A stretch of DNA of 32,000 nucleotides from Candidatus Saccharimonas aalborgensis (GCF_000392435.1 NC_021219.1:210001-242000), one strand, 5' to 3'; shown: positions 21,287 through 30,768, counted from the first letter of the stretch. Notes: generated from the letters alone by a model not told the origin. Program-made: numbers and translations.

Positions 21287-21844
21287 ATGAAAAAACGTTC
21301 ACAACTCATCATCATACTTGCCTGCCTCATTGTCGTTGGCGCTGGCGTAACGTTCCTGCTGTTTTCTAAACGAAGTGATACCCCTACAAATACCGGCACA
21401 AATGACATCACAAAAGCCTTGCGCTGCGACCGCGCAACCGCGGACTACACCACAACCGACCCGCTTTGCACCAACACCGATTATGCCCGTCAGCTTTTCG
21501 AGCGGGGCATAACCTTTGGCGTGAATGTGCCGGGTACTGGCACGAAACCCTCGCAGGTAACACTGGTTGTCATAACAAATGGAGCAAAGGCGCAGCCGCT
21601 CGCCCGTACCCGCGTGAAGGTTTCGAGCGAGGTCAAGGTACAGTGCATAAAAGCACCATGCAACCCCGTCAGCGAAGTACTCACCGAAGCGACAACGGAT
21701 GAGTTGGGCGTCATCAGCCTGCCGGCCCTACCTTCCGGCACCGAACCGCTCATAACGCTCATCGTCGAAGCCGATGGCCACCCCACCAAACGCGAAAGCA
21801 TTATGCGCTCCGATTTGGGGCAGTATTTAGTCAGGATTGACTAA
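21287..21844 (+). CDS. Membrane-anchored secreted protein of unknown function
   Basis: KKRSQLIIILACLIVVGAGVTFLLF anchor; extracellular-like domain with paired cysteines; TATACT 6 nt before ATG. Confidence 0.75.
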   Translation: MKKRSQLIIILACLIVVGAGVTFLLFSKRSDTPTNTGTNDITKALRCDRATADYTTTDPLCTNTDYARQLFERGITFGVNVPGTGTKPSQVTLVVITNGAKAQPLARTRVKVSSEVKVQCIKAPCNPVSEVLTEATTDELGVISLPALPSGTEPLITLIVEADGHPTKRESIMRSDLGQYLVRID

Positions 21845-22092
21845 GGCTGAAAGAAACTGCAGGAAATAATCGGGGTCTAAATCGCTTTGAACGTCAGCGT
21901 GACACCCACGGACAATCGCTTTCCATTTGTCTGTTGCGCTCGCAGGTACCCCGCAGCCCATCTTCTGATGCGCGGAACAAGTCGCCAACACTTCTAGCTG
22001 ACCAATGGCGATATCTTTCTTACCCGCCTACAGGCACATAGGTTAGCCTACTCACATGCAGTATATCTGCCGCTTATTGGTATTGACTATTA

Positions 22093-22611
22093 CTATCTAT
22101 CCTTAACGTACACGACTATGCCTGACTTTTGATCATGAACAATTACGCCGCTACGGTTAATATATTTCCAAAGTCTTTGGGCAGCCCATAAGTCTCCAAC
22201 TGATCCGGTAAAGTTAACTATAAACACAAGTGAAAAAATATGTTGATACATGGGTAGTACTACAGATAGCATGAGAGAAAGCACAGACAAAACGACAAAA
22301 GGCAAACATCCCGCTATCAGCATTGGCTTGACAGACAGGAGCCGGTTGGCGGTTACATAGAGAAACCCAAAACCAATGCCAAATGCAGGTTTCACGCCTG
22401 CCAGCAAGAACCCAACAGCATGGAGAAGCTCATGTACGACCAAAGTCATGCAGAATACAATAATAAATACACCTAGTCCTATGGGTGTTCCATTACCGTC
22501 GCCGACAATATTGTTATATACTGCACCACCCAAAAAGGCCACCGCCAGTCCGACAACCTGCAGCACTGCTAGGCTTTTTGCGGACATCTTGATTGTTTCT
22601 ACCTTTTTCAT
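22093..22611 (-). CDS. DUF3267-like putative membrane zinc metalloprotease
   Basis: VVHELLHAVGFLLAGVKPAFGIGFGFLYVTA; TM helices; late SVGDLWAA. Start chosen at MKKVETIKM. Confidence 0.8.
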   Translation of the reverse strand: MKKVETIKMSAKSLAVLQVVGLAVAFLGGAVYNNIVGDGNGTPIGLGVFIIVFCMTLVVHELLHAVGFLLAGVKPAFGIGFGFLYVTANRLLSVKPMLIAGCLPFVVLSVLSLMLSVVLPMYQHIFSLVFIVNFTGSVGDLWAAQRLWKYINRSGVIVHDQKSGIVVYVKDR

Positions 22612-22788
22612 AATTTTCACTATACCATGTTCATGAAAATTATGGGTTTCACCCCCGTAACATGCCGGTCTGTACTATTGAGATTTACATAATTTTTATA
22701 CTATAGGCATGACCTTCTGCACACGCAAACGTTACACCATATGACAATCTCAACCTCGATGTGAACGTAATGCTCGAGCGACAACAGG

Positions 22789-23445
22789 TCAGCGCTTTAC
22801 CTCGATACCTGCCATGATGAGCACCCCATCGAGATAGAGTATCGGCGCATCTTTCGAGTGAACGGGGCTTGTTTTGTCTTCTATGCCACCCATCACCATA
22901 ACAGCGCGAGATTTCACGATGACATTTTCGGGTACGCGTAGCTCCACTCCACCCATAAACACAAAAACGTCAAGCAGCGCGTCTTTTTTAATAGTTGCCT
23001 TGCTAAGATCAATTTCGCTGCCGCCCATCACGGCCGTCACCTTACCGCCACGGTAGTCTGACGACGTATTTTTGTGCGAACTGCCACCGAGTATTGCAGT
23101 AATATCTTCGTCATTTTTTTCACTCACTCGCCGAATAGTAGAACCGGTGCTTTGACGCAATATCGATAAGCCAATAGCCACTAAAACCGCTGGGAAAAAG
23201 ATGTCACCTACACTTACCCTTGCGATATCGAGCGTGTTTACCAAAAAAAGTACCCCAAGGCCCGACACAAACAAACTCCAGATGTAATTTTTGCTGTCAT
23301 TAATTAGCATCAGTAGTCCCGCTCCGATAAGCAGTAGGGGCCACCAATCAGCAAACACAGGACCAAAGTTCAATACGTTAATATTTGAGAGTAAGATCAT
23401 GACACCCGCGAGGATGATAGTGATGCCCGTGATAATTCGTTTCAT
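22789..23445 (-). CDS. LiaI/LiaF-like transmembrane plus cell-wall-active-antibiotics-response domain protein
   Basis: GITIILAGVMILLSN..., FADWWPLLLIGAGL, VTAVMGGSEIDLSKATI, VFMGGVELRVPENV. Confidence 0.85.
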   Translation of the reverse strand: MKRIITGITIILAGVMILLSNINVLNFGPVFADWWPLLLIGAGLLMLINDSKNYIWSLFVSGLGVLFLVNTLDIARVSVGDIFFPAVLVAIGLSILRQSTGSTIRRVSEKNDEDITAILGGSSHKNTSSDYRGGKVTAVMGGSEIDLSKATIKKDALLDVFVFMGGVELRVPENVIVKSRAVMVMGGIEDKTSPVHSKDAPILYLDGVLIMAGIEVKR

Positions 23446-23545
23446 AATACAATTATCATATCACCCATCGAGAAAAAGCCACACCACGCTTCACTACAAC
23501 AAAACTAATCCATGTCTCAGTCAGGCCCTGGTCGGTAGCTCTTCT

Positions 23546-24028
23546 TTACATATCTGACACAAATGTACGTTCGTAGTGACAGGTATACCCACCGGGGTGC
23601 TTTTGCAAATAATCTTGGTGATATTCTTCGGCCGAGTAAAACTGCGTCAACGGCTCCAGACTCGTCACGATCGCACCGTCCCAGCGAGGCTGCGCCCGCC
23701 CAATCGCCTGTGTGGCCGCATCTTGCTGCACGTCATCAGCATAAAATATCGCTGAGCGATACGACTCGCCAACATCATTTCCCTGACGGTTTACCGTCGT
23801 GGGGTCGTGGATACGGAAAAAATAATCTAACAGTGTTGCTAGTGTCGTCTGAGATGGATCGTAACTAATCCGTAGCGCCTCAGCGTGACCAGGATGATGC
23901 TCATAGGTTGGATGGTCATTGCTACCACCAGTGTAACCGACTTCTGTGTCGACAACGCCGACTTGCGCGCGAAACAGCTCCTCCATGCCCCAAAAACATC
24001 CACCAGCTACAACGATTTGTTCAATCAT
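23546..24028 (-). CDS. msrA: Peptide-methionine (S)-S-oxide reductase MsrA
   Basis: AGGCFWGMEELF, VGYTGG, YEHHPGHAEALRISYDP, FFRIHDPTTVNRQGNDVGESYRSAIFY. Confidence 0.97.
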   Translation of the reverse strand: MIEQIVVAGGCFWGMEELFRAQVGVVDTEVGYTGGSNDHPTYEHHPGHAEALRISYDPSQTTLATLLDYFFRIHDPTTVNRQGNDVGESYRSAIFYADDVQQDAATQAIGRAQPRWDGAIVTSLEPLTQFYSAEEYHQDYLQKHPGGYTCHYERTFVSDM

Positions 24029-24049
24029 ACATTTAAGTATACTAGGTGT

Positions 24050-24427
24050 ATGAAACAACCCATAAATCCCAGTCTAAACAGTGCGCAAGTTGCGGTACTC
24101 CGTGACAAAGCAACTGAGGCGCCGTTTAGCGGCAAATTTTTAGAGCTAAACGAAAACGGTACTTATGCCTGCGCCAACTGCAACACGCCCTTGTTTGCAT
24201 CAGATAACAAATTCGACTCTGGCTGTGGCTGGCCGAGTTTCGACGATGCGCTGCCAGGCAGTGTTGAGTTCACCGACGACACTAGTCACGGTATGCAGCG
24301 TACAGAAGTGACTTGTAGTGACTGCGGGGGCCACCTCGGCCATATCTTTGAGGACGGCCCATGCGAAACCACCGGCAAACGCTACTGTATCAATTCATTG
24401 TCACTCAGTTTTGCCCTGAAAAAGTGA
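24050..24427 (+). CDS. msrB: Peptide-methionine (R)-S-oxide reductase MsrB
   Basis: GTYACANCNTPLF, FDSGCGWPSF, RTEVTCSDCGGHLGHIFEDGP, GKRYCINSLSLSF. Confidence 0.97.
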   Translation: MKQPINPSLNSAQVAVLRDKATEAPFSGKFLELNENGTYACANCNTPLFASDNKFDSGCGWPSFDDALPGSVEFTDDTSHGMQRTEVTCSDCGGHLGHIFEDGPCETTGKRYCINSLSLSFALKK

Positions 24428-24506
24428 CTGCGCCACGGGTCATAACTATGGGAGTTTAGTGCCGAATCTGCCAAGAGTATAATCAGTAGCGTAGGAGGTA
24501 AACAAT

Positions 24507-24767
24507 ATGAGCAAACAATGCCAAAGCTGCGGGATGCCGCTAAGTACCAAAAAAGCAGGTGACTGTCGTGGTACAGAAGCAGACGGCACCAAGAGCGAGA
24601 AATGGTGTAGCCTCTGCTACGAAAATGGTGCGTTTATTGGACCAGATTGCACGCTCGATGAGATGAAAACAATTGTTGACAAAGCATTGGTCGAAAACGG
24701 CAGCGGCCGACTGATGCGTTGGCTGGCGCAGAAACAACTTCCCCATCTCGAGCGCTGGAAAACGTAA
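24507..24767 (+). CDS. Zinc-ribbon protein
   Basis: CQSCGMPL...WCSLCYENGAFIGPDCT; TATAAT 24479-24484 and AGGAGG upstream. Confidence 0.8.
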   Translation: MSKQCQSCGMPLSTKKAGDCRGTEADGTKSEKWCSLCYENGAFIGPDCTLDEMKTIVDKALVENGSGRLMRWLAQKQLPHLERWKT

Positions 24768-24789
24768 AAAGAGTCCAGCCTACGAGTTG

Positions 24790-26100
24790 CTAGTTTGAGC
24801 CGGCTTGTGCTGCCCTGTACTTGTGAGTCAACGACGTATACGCCCGCGATCGAAATGCCATGAGGGCTGCAATGAGCATGATGAGACTTGCACCCATAAA
24901 TACGAGGGCCATACCGCGCGCTTCGCCCTGCCCGACCAGCCAGCCCCAGGTCGCCTTGCCTTCAGGGCTTGCCATGTACGGAATGATCCAGAGCTGCGCA
25001 ATCGGGCCAATCATGTAGGCCGAGACGGGTGACGCCGCGGCTTCGACACTTTGCCCAAACCCAAACACGCGACCTTGTTTTTTGAGCGGCACGATTTTTT
25101 GCAGTGTCGTTTGTTCGGCCGCTTCGATAACTGGCACCGTCGACATATAGGCAAACATACTGACCGCGAGTAACCACAACGACTCACGGATACCCATAAC
25201 AAAACCGATGATCCCGACGACGACGTTACCAAGCAGCAGCACGCGTAGCGGGTTTTTACCTAACCCCATTTTAGCAACGAGTGCCCCACCAACCATAAAC
25301 CCAAGGCTCGAGATTGCATAGACAAATCCCCACATCTGCACGCTGGTAAGTGTCAATCCATACGGATCAAGCAATGTCATAAAGACACCACCGACTAGAT
25401 TGTTAAATGTTGCAAATAATATCAGTGCCAGCAGGCCCGGCACGGCTTGTATGGCCGACCATGCGCCTCTGAAATCAACCAGTTTCTGTTGGAGTTTGGG
25501 GTCGTGAATGATCTGCTTTTCGTTGATTGTTACAAATAGCAAGTCGATGAGAGCAAAAAGCGTCAGCGCAATTGAAATCACCAGCGTCCAACCCATGCCG
25601 AGGTAGCCAATGGCCAACCCGCTAAATATCGATGTAATCATAAAAGCCAGACCCTGCACCATGCCGACGAGCCCGTTGGCGTTCGCGCGCCTATCTTCAG
25701 GAACCATAATTGTCACGCAGGTACTAAGGGCAATATTGCGGCTATTTTCGACGATACAGCCGCACAAAATAATCGTTGTAAACAACCAAAACCACGGACT
25801 ACCTATTGTAAGCAGCTGCTCATGAGGCACAAATACATAGATAGCGCCGCCTAAACCGTACATAAGTGCCGTTATGGCAGATGCGACCGTCATAACATGC
25901 TTTTTATGAAAGCGGTCAACCAATGTTCCGAAAAACAACCCGGTGACCGCCAGCATCAACATATAACTACCGCCAAGGATTGCTGTAGCCATAACATTTT
26001 TCGTCTCTAAATATACCCAGAATGTCAGTGCAAACCACAAAAAGCTGGTCGTGACGTTGGCGATGAGCGTGTTTACGAGTAGACGATAGAAATGTTTCAT
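24790..26100 (-). CDS. Major facilitator superfamily transporter
   Basis: About 12 TM; GTLVDRFHKKHVM loop; GLMVGGALVAKMG. Start at MKHFYRLLVNT. Confidence 0.93.
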   Translation of the reverse strand: MKHFYRLLVNTLIANVTTSFLWFALTFWVYLETKNVMATAILGGSYMLMLAVTGLFFGTLVDRFHKKHVMTVASAITALMYGLGGAIYVFVPHEQLLTIGSPWFWLFTTIILCGCIVENSRNIALSTCVTIMVPEDRRANANGLVGMVQGLAFMITSIFSGLAIGYLGMGWTLVISIALTLFALIDLLFVTINEKQIIHDPKLQQKLVDFRGAWSAIQAVPGLLALILFATFNNLVGGVFMTLLDPYGLTLTSVQMWGFVYAISSLGFMVGGALVAKMGLGKNPLRVLLLGNVVVGIIGFVMGIRESLWLLAVSMFAYMSTVPVIEAAEQTTLQKIVPLKKQGRVFGFGQSVEAAASPVSAYMIGPIAQLWIIPYMASPEGKATWGWLVGQGEARGMALVFMGASLIMLIAALMAFRSRAYTSLTHKYRAAQAGSN

Positions 26101-26270
26101 ATCAATCCAGTATAGCTGACAATTATCCAACCGCAGTAATTGTCATTATAACTGCGCCAGTGCCAGTACTCAGCTCACCACTACAATTTCAAACTACGTA
26201 GTCTAGGTATTATTCGCATCTCATGGCACAAGGAACATGAACAATATTTGATTAATATAAGTACTAGCTT

Positions 26271-26299
26271 GCAAAACAAGTTATCGTGTGCTATATTGC
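26271..26299 (+). promoter_or_regulatory. Promoter for padR operon, TTGCAA-17-TATATT, with overlapping inverted repeats (26268-26284 and 26292-26314)
   Basis: Direct reading of sequence; AAAGG precedes the padR ATG. Confidence 0.6.
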
Positions 26300-26334
26300 T
26301 TTACAAGATAGCGACAGACTATCAGAAAGGTTGC

Positions 26335-26664
26335 ATGGAATTAAATAGCCAACTACTAAAAGGCGTCCTAGATGGCGGAATACTACTTGCAATTTCAGCC
26401 CGTGGCGAGCTGTATGGGTACGAATTGTGCAGTGCTCTTGCCACATATGGTTTCGATACAGTTCGGAGTGGTAGTATTTATCCCGCCCTGCTTCGCCTAG
26501 AACGAGATGGTCACATAGACTCAGTACTACGCAGCTCGCCTGTCGGACCAGACCGTAAATATTATCGTATAACCGAAAAAGGAATCGAATATATGCAACA
26601 GTTCATCGAATTCTGGGAGTCCATGAATCAATCAATAAACCAACTCATTCGGGAGGTACAATGA
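26335..26664 (+). CDS. PadR family transcriptional regulator
   Basis: LLKGVLDGGILLAISARGELYGYELCSAL, GSIYPALLRLERDGHIDSV, RKYYRITEKGIEYMQQF. Confidence 0.94.
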   Translation: MELNSQLLKGVLDGGILLAISARGELYGYELCSALATYGFDTVRSGSIYPALLRLERDGHIDSVLRSSPVGPDRKYYRITEKGIEYMQQFIEFWESMNQSINQLIREVQ

Positions 26665-27311
26665 AAGACAATACCAAATTACACACGCTTCAAGCAGTGG
26701 TTAACCAGCTTGAGCCAGAAAACAAACAGGTCTTTAGCTATATTAAACGCTATGTAACAGACCAAAGCCTATACGAGCAGAAAGCAACCGAAGGAGTGCT
26801 GATCGAAATTGCATCTCACTTTTATGAGGCCCAAAAACAAGGTATCAAAGCCAAGGAGGTCGTCGGGAATAATCCAAAAAAATATTGTAGTGAACTTGGG
26901 CTATCCCTTGTACGCAAACCGTGGCGCTTCGCTTTAATGCTCGGCGCTGCTCTGTCATGGAGCGTTTTTCTAATTCTTTTTCTTAGCGAATATGCACTCA
27001 ATATGTATGGCGTCAGATCGCCATTCAGTGGACAAAACCACTTACTGATCTTATTGACACCACTAGTTATTTTACTGCTACTCGACTTTATATATGATGC
27101 TTTCCGTAATACGGTCAACCCGATACTGTTAAAGGTCTTACTGGCTGCTGCCTCCATATCTGTCATCATAGCTATCGTACTTTCTTACGAAAGAGCAGTT
27201 GAGTCTTTTCCTGAATTTACACAATCAAATATTTCACTTCTAATAATTTTCTTGGTCACTCTGGGCTCATGGGGCCGGGTGTGGCGACACAGAAAAATTC
27301 ACTTGTCCTAA
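26661..27311 (+). CDS. PadR-partner membrane protein (DUF1048/DUF1129-like)
   Basis: Soluble helical N-terminus plus four TM helices; ATGA overlap with padR. Confidence 0.7.
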   Translation: MKDNTKLHTLQAVVNQLEPENKQVFSYIKRYVTDQSLYEQKATEGVLIEIASHFYEAQKQGIKAKEVVGNNPKKYCSELGLSLVRKPWRFALMLGAALSWSVFLILFLSEYALNMYGVRSPFSGQNHLLILLTPLVILLLLDFIYDAFRNTVNPILLKVLLAAASISVIIAIVLSYERAVESFPEFTQSNISLLIIFLVTLGSWGRVWRHRKIHLS

Positions 27312-27427
27312 GCTTCACAATCAACAGTGGCGTGTTTTATCGGCGCACATAACAGATTCATTTGTGACTAGGATACCAACGGGATTTAAGCAACTTAGCA
27401 CATAATCGCTCATTGTTGCCTTGAACG

Positions 27428-27772
27428 TTACTTTTTCGCCGAATCTGGATATGCCCTGTACCTCACGACTTTTTTCACCAGTTCAAGTGGCAAGGGTTGG
27501 TTGAGGGGAAACTGAACGGAACCTTTGCCCTGTTTGTACGGCGCAAATTCTGCTTTGAACGCTTCGTGACCGTTTGGTGTAGCGTAGAACCCGATGTGGT
27601 TTTTATACCCAGCAAAGTAAACGAGCGGCTTACCGTGTAGTTTGTATGCTGGCATGCCATAGGCCATCGATTCTTCGGCGTCTGGTGCAAGTTCACGAAT
27701 AGCTCGGCGCACGGTTTCAAGCCGTTCACGTACGTCGCTGTGGAATTGTCCGATATAGTCGTCAACTGTCAT
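27428..27772 (-). CDS. DUF1801 (YdhG-like) protein
   Basis: APDAEESMAYGMPAYKLHGKPLVYFAGYKNHIGFYATPNG. Confidence 0.88.
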   Translation of the reverse strand: MTVDDYIGQFHSDVRERLETVRRAIRELAPDAEESMAYGMPAYKLHGKPLVYFAGYKNHIGFYATPNGHEAFKAEFAPYKQGKGSVQFPLNQPLPLELVKKVVRYRAYPDSAKK

Positions 27773-27780
27773 GATAATGA

Positions 27781-28185
27781 CTAGTGGACATACGCATTAC
27801 GAATCATCATACGCAGAATTGACTCATCGATATCGGAAAGTTTTTTGATATAAAGGCAACCCTTGCCGCGCGTATGCGGACCGAGCTTTTCAAGAAGTTG
27901 GTTGTTTGGTTCGTTTTCGTCATAAAATACGAGTCCGTAAAACACAAATGCTGCTTTACGCGGTGAGAAGCCGACCTTGAGCATATCGCCCTCACGACCA
28001 GACTCGTACTTATAATGATAGCTGCCGAATCCAATCATACTCGGCCCCCACATGACCGGTTCAACCCCAGTCACTTCTCTCATAATTGCCACTACTCGAC
28101 GGGCTTCTGACCGTCGTGGCTCGGCGGCTGTGTCGATAAACTCATCGACACTGACGTCTGTTGGTTTCGTTTTGTTCTCAGTCAT
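27781..28185 (-). CDS. DUF1801 protein, second copy
   Basis: TDVSVDEFIDTAAEPRRSEARRVVAIMREVTGVEPVMWGPSMIGFGSYHYKYESGREGD. Confidence 0.85.
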   Translation of the reverse strand: MTENKTKPTDVSVDEFIDTAAEPRRSEARRVVAIMREVTGVEPVMWGPSMIGFGSYHYKYESGREGDMLKVGFSPRKAAFVFYGLVFYDENEPNNQLLEKLGPHTRGKGCLYIKKLSDIDESILRMMIRNAYVH

Positions 28186-28296
28186 CGCGTCTACCCATTC
28201 GTACTCCTTGCACCTAGTATAATTATTATACACTAGACACTGCGCCCTATGGGGTAGAAGTAGTCGCTTAGAGGTATTTCTGTCATACCCTGTCCA

Positions 28297-28326
28297 TTGA
28301 CGCCGGATAACGATAAGCTATATAAT
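28297..28326 (+). promoter_or_regulatory. Strong sigma70-like promoter for the surface protein, TTGACG-18-TATAAT, followed by GAGGAGG SD
   Basis: TTGACG 28297-28302, TATAAT 28321-28326, AGGAGG 28342-28347, GTG start 28356. Confidence 0.7.
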
Positions 28327-28355
28327 CATGAATAACATTTGAGGAGGAAAACCGC

Positions 28356-30755
28356 GTGACTATGCAGACAATAAAACGAGTGGTGCTGAGTTTGGTAATC
28401 GCAGCAGCTCCATTTTTCGTTGTATCACCCGTATCGGCCGCCGTCGACACCTGTACGTGGACTGGTGCCGTTGATAATACCTGGAGCAATGGAGGCAACT
28501 GGACGGGTTGTGACAACGCCGGCGTGCCAGAAAACGGCGATGCGCTGACTTTTCCTGAGGTTGCAAACAATAAATCTATGAACAATGACCTCGTAGGACT
28601 TTCTGTGACCGGACTCAGTTTCACTGGTACCGGCTACACGGTAGGCGGAAATGCATTTAGTATCAGTACCGTGACAGCGCTCGATGCCACAGAATCCGTC
28701 ACAATCAACGCCGACATTACCTATACGGCTTTTAACGCTTCTATCACGCCAAGTGCTGGTAAAACCGTCACGATTAACGGCGTAAGCAACTTCACACTTG
28801 GCGGTGGCGAGGTCAATATAGGCGGCTCCGGTCGATCTGGTACGGTCGACTTCTATGGCAACATCACCGGAACCGCAGCCCAACTCGTAGCCGTCAGCGG
28901 GGCAACTGCTGTTGTGCGAGGTGCCGCCAACACATACACGGCCGCAACAGTCGGTGCCGAGAGCAATGCGCATTTTGTCTGCCGCTCACTCACTTGTTTT
29001 GGAGACAACGCCAACGATATTTATAGTGGCGGTGGTGTCGTTGAACTACACACAACCGGCACATACGTAAACAACATTCAGACATCTGTAGTCACTCCCG
29101 ATACTTCCTCTATATGGGCCTACGATGATGTGACGCTCAACGGTGCAATAACGGTCAATGACGGCCTGTACTTCGGGCAAGGCACCAATGGTAAAACATT
29201 GGCTGTCGATGGCGATGTAAACCTCGCCGCAGAAGACTTGCAAATCTCCGGTATGAGCCGTGCGGCAAATGTTGTTATAAATGGTGTGGTAAGTGGCAAT
29301 CATAGTATTTTCGTTTACTCGTCTACACTGACACTAGCTGGGACCAATACATATACCGGTGCTACCTATGCGACATCTAATAACGCAACGATTGAGGTAA
29401 CAAACCAAAGCGGACTCGGTACGAGTGGCGCTGGCACGCAAATCGGCGATGGTGATTCACTAGAGTTCAACTTTGCGAGTGCCCAGACAGTGAGCGAGCC
29501 GCTGTATGTTATGGGTACTGGTGTATCTGGTACGGGTGCAGTTGTCCAGACGGGTGCATCAACAACGCTATCTGGTGCTATTGCGCTCGCCGGTGACACA
29601 ACCTTTGGCGTCGATAGCAACGCACTATTTTCAGCCTTCATGCTCTCAGGGGTTATATCTGGAACTGGGAATATTACCGTTACTACCAGCCCAACGACCG
29701 TGGTGGCCAATAGCTCTATCCAGTTTACTGGCGCCTCACCCAACACTTACACTGGTAAATTGACCGTCCAGGGCGTTCGTTTCTACCCTAGTAAAGCAGC
29801 TAGTGTCGTTGCGGTTACCGGCGACATGGACGTGCTCGCTTCAGCTAGCAAGCCATCGACTGTCGAGACCGCGTTCAGCGAATCGATCGCAGACACGAGC
29901 CACGTGCATCTTGTCAAAGACGGCAGCAACAAAGCAAGTTTGAGTATCGGCTCAAGCGCAACCGAAACCATCGGCTACGTCACGGGTGATGGTGAATTGT
30001 CGGTAGGTGCCAATGGCGCAGCTGTTGTTCTCACCAGCAACGCTGACTACACATTTAGTGGAACTGTCTCGAAATTTAGTAACTTCCCAGCTGGTGATTC
30101 CTTTGTCGTCAAAAAAGGTACCGGTACAGCAACTCTCACTGGCGGTCTCGATACAAGCTATATCGCAGGTGTCGCCCCAGTATTTGGCGCCCAAGAAGGA
30201 TCACTTATCTTAAATGGTGTATTTACGGAAGCGGGTACGCAGGTCTTGAGTGGCGCGACACTCAAAGGCACTGGAACAGTTGGCGCTGTCACTGTCGATA
30301 ACGGCGGCGCAGTGAGTGTTGGCAATAGCCCTGGTTGTATGACCTTCGGCTCACTGACCCTCAACTCTGGCTCCACATACACGCAAGAGATCTCTGGCAC
30401 AACCGCCTGTACACAGTACGACCAAGCAACCGTCACCGGCGCCGCAGTGCTTGGCAATGCGACTCTAGCTACTACACTAAGTACAAACCCTGCTGACGGC
30501 ACTGTCTTCACAATCTTGACCGCAGCGTCGGTCAGCGGCACATTTAACGGTCTCCCAGACGGCGCTACCGTGAACGTCAACGGCGTTACACTACGTATTA
30601 ACTACACCGCAACATCAGTCACCTTGACGAAAGTTGGCGGTAACCTTGCACCAACCGGATCGTCTACCGCTATCTACGGGCTACTCGGTCTATGTATGGT
30701 GCTGCTTTCCACTCTTGCACTCAGACGTTATCGATTTAACAATCACACTAATTAG
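28356..30755 (+). CDS. Large secreted repetitive surface protein with autotransporter-associated beta-strand-like repeats and C-terminal sorting-like signal
   Basis: Signal peptide ending VSPVSAA; WTGAVDNTWSNGGNWTGCDNAGVPENGDALTFP; SGVISGTGNITV..., TLAGTNTYTGATY; C-terminus LAPTGSSTAIYGLLGLCMVLLSTLALRRYRF. Confidence 0.85.
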   Translation: MTMQTIKRVVLSLVIAAAPFFVVSPVSAAVDTCTWTGAVDNTWSNGGNWTGCDNAGVPENGDALTFPEVANNKSMNNDLVGLSVTGLSFTGTGYTVGGNAFSISTVTALDATESVTINADITYTAFNASITPSAGKTVTINGVSNFTLGGGEVNIGGSGRSGTVDFYGNITGTAAQLVAVSGATAVVRGAANTYTAATVGAESNAHFVCRSLTCFGDNANDIYSGGGVVELHTTGTYVNNIQTSVVTPDTSSIWAYDDVTLNGAITVNDGLYFGQGTNGKTLAVDGDVNLAAEDLQISGMSRAANVVINGVVSGNHSIFVYSSTLTLAGTNTYTGATYATSNNATIEVTNQSGLGTSGAGTQIGDGDSLEFNFASAQTVSEPLYVMGTGVSGTGAVVQTGASTTLSGAIALAGDTTFGVDSNALFSAFMLSGVISGTGNITVTTSPTTVVANSSIQFTGASPNTYTGKLTVQGVRFYPSKAASVVAVTGDMDVLASASKPSTVETAFSESIADTSHVHLVKDGSNKASLSIGSSATETIGYVTGDGELSVGANGAAVVLTSNADYTFSGTVSKFSNFPAGDSFVVKKGTGTATLTGGLDTSYIAGVAPVFGAQEGSLILNGVFTEAGTQVLSGATLKGTGTVGAVTVDNGGAVSVGNSPGCMTFGSLTLNSGSTYTQEISGTTACTQYDQATVTGAAVLGNATLATTLSTNPADGTVFTILTAASVSGTFNGLPDGATVNVNGVTLRINYTATSVTLTKVGGNLAPTGSSTAIYGLLGLCMVLLSTLALRRYRFNNHTN

Positions 30756-30768
30756 CCGGAGGTAACCT

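Noticed and set aside
25011-25232. Minus-strand small ORFs inside the MFS gene, and plus-strand ORFs over uvrC and htpX
   Set aside because: Contained in alternative frames of well-supported CDSs.
28425-28973. 182 aa minus-strand ORF and the other antisense ORFs at 29366-29746 and 30158-30580
   Set aside because: Mirror of the Thr/Val/Gly-rich repeat codons of the surface protein; antisense shadow ORFs.
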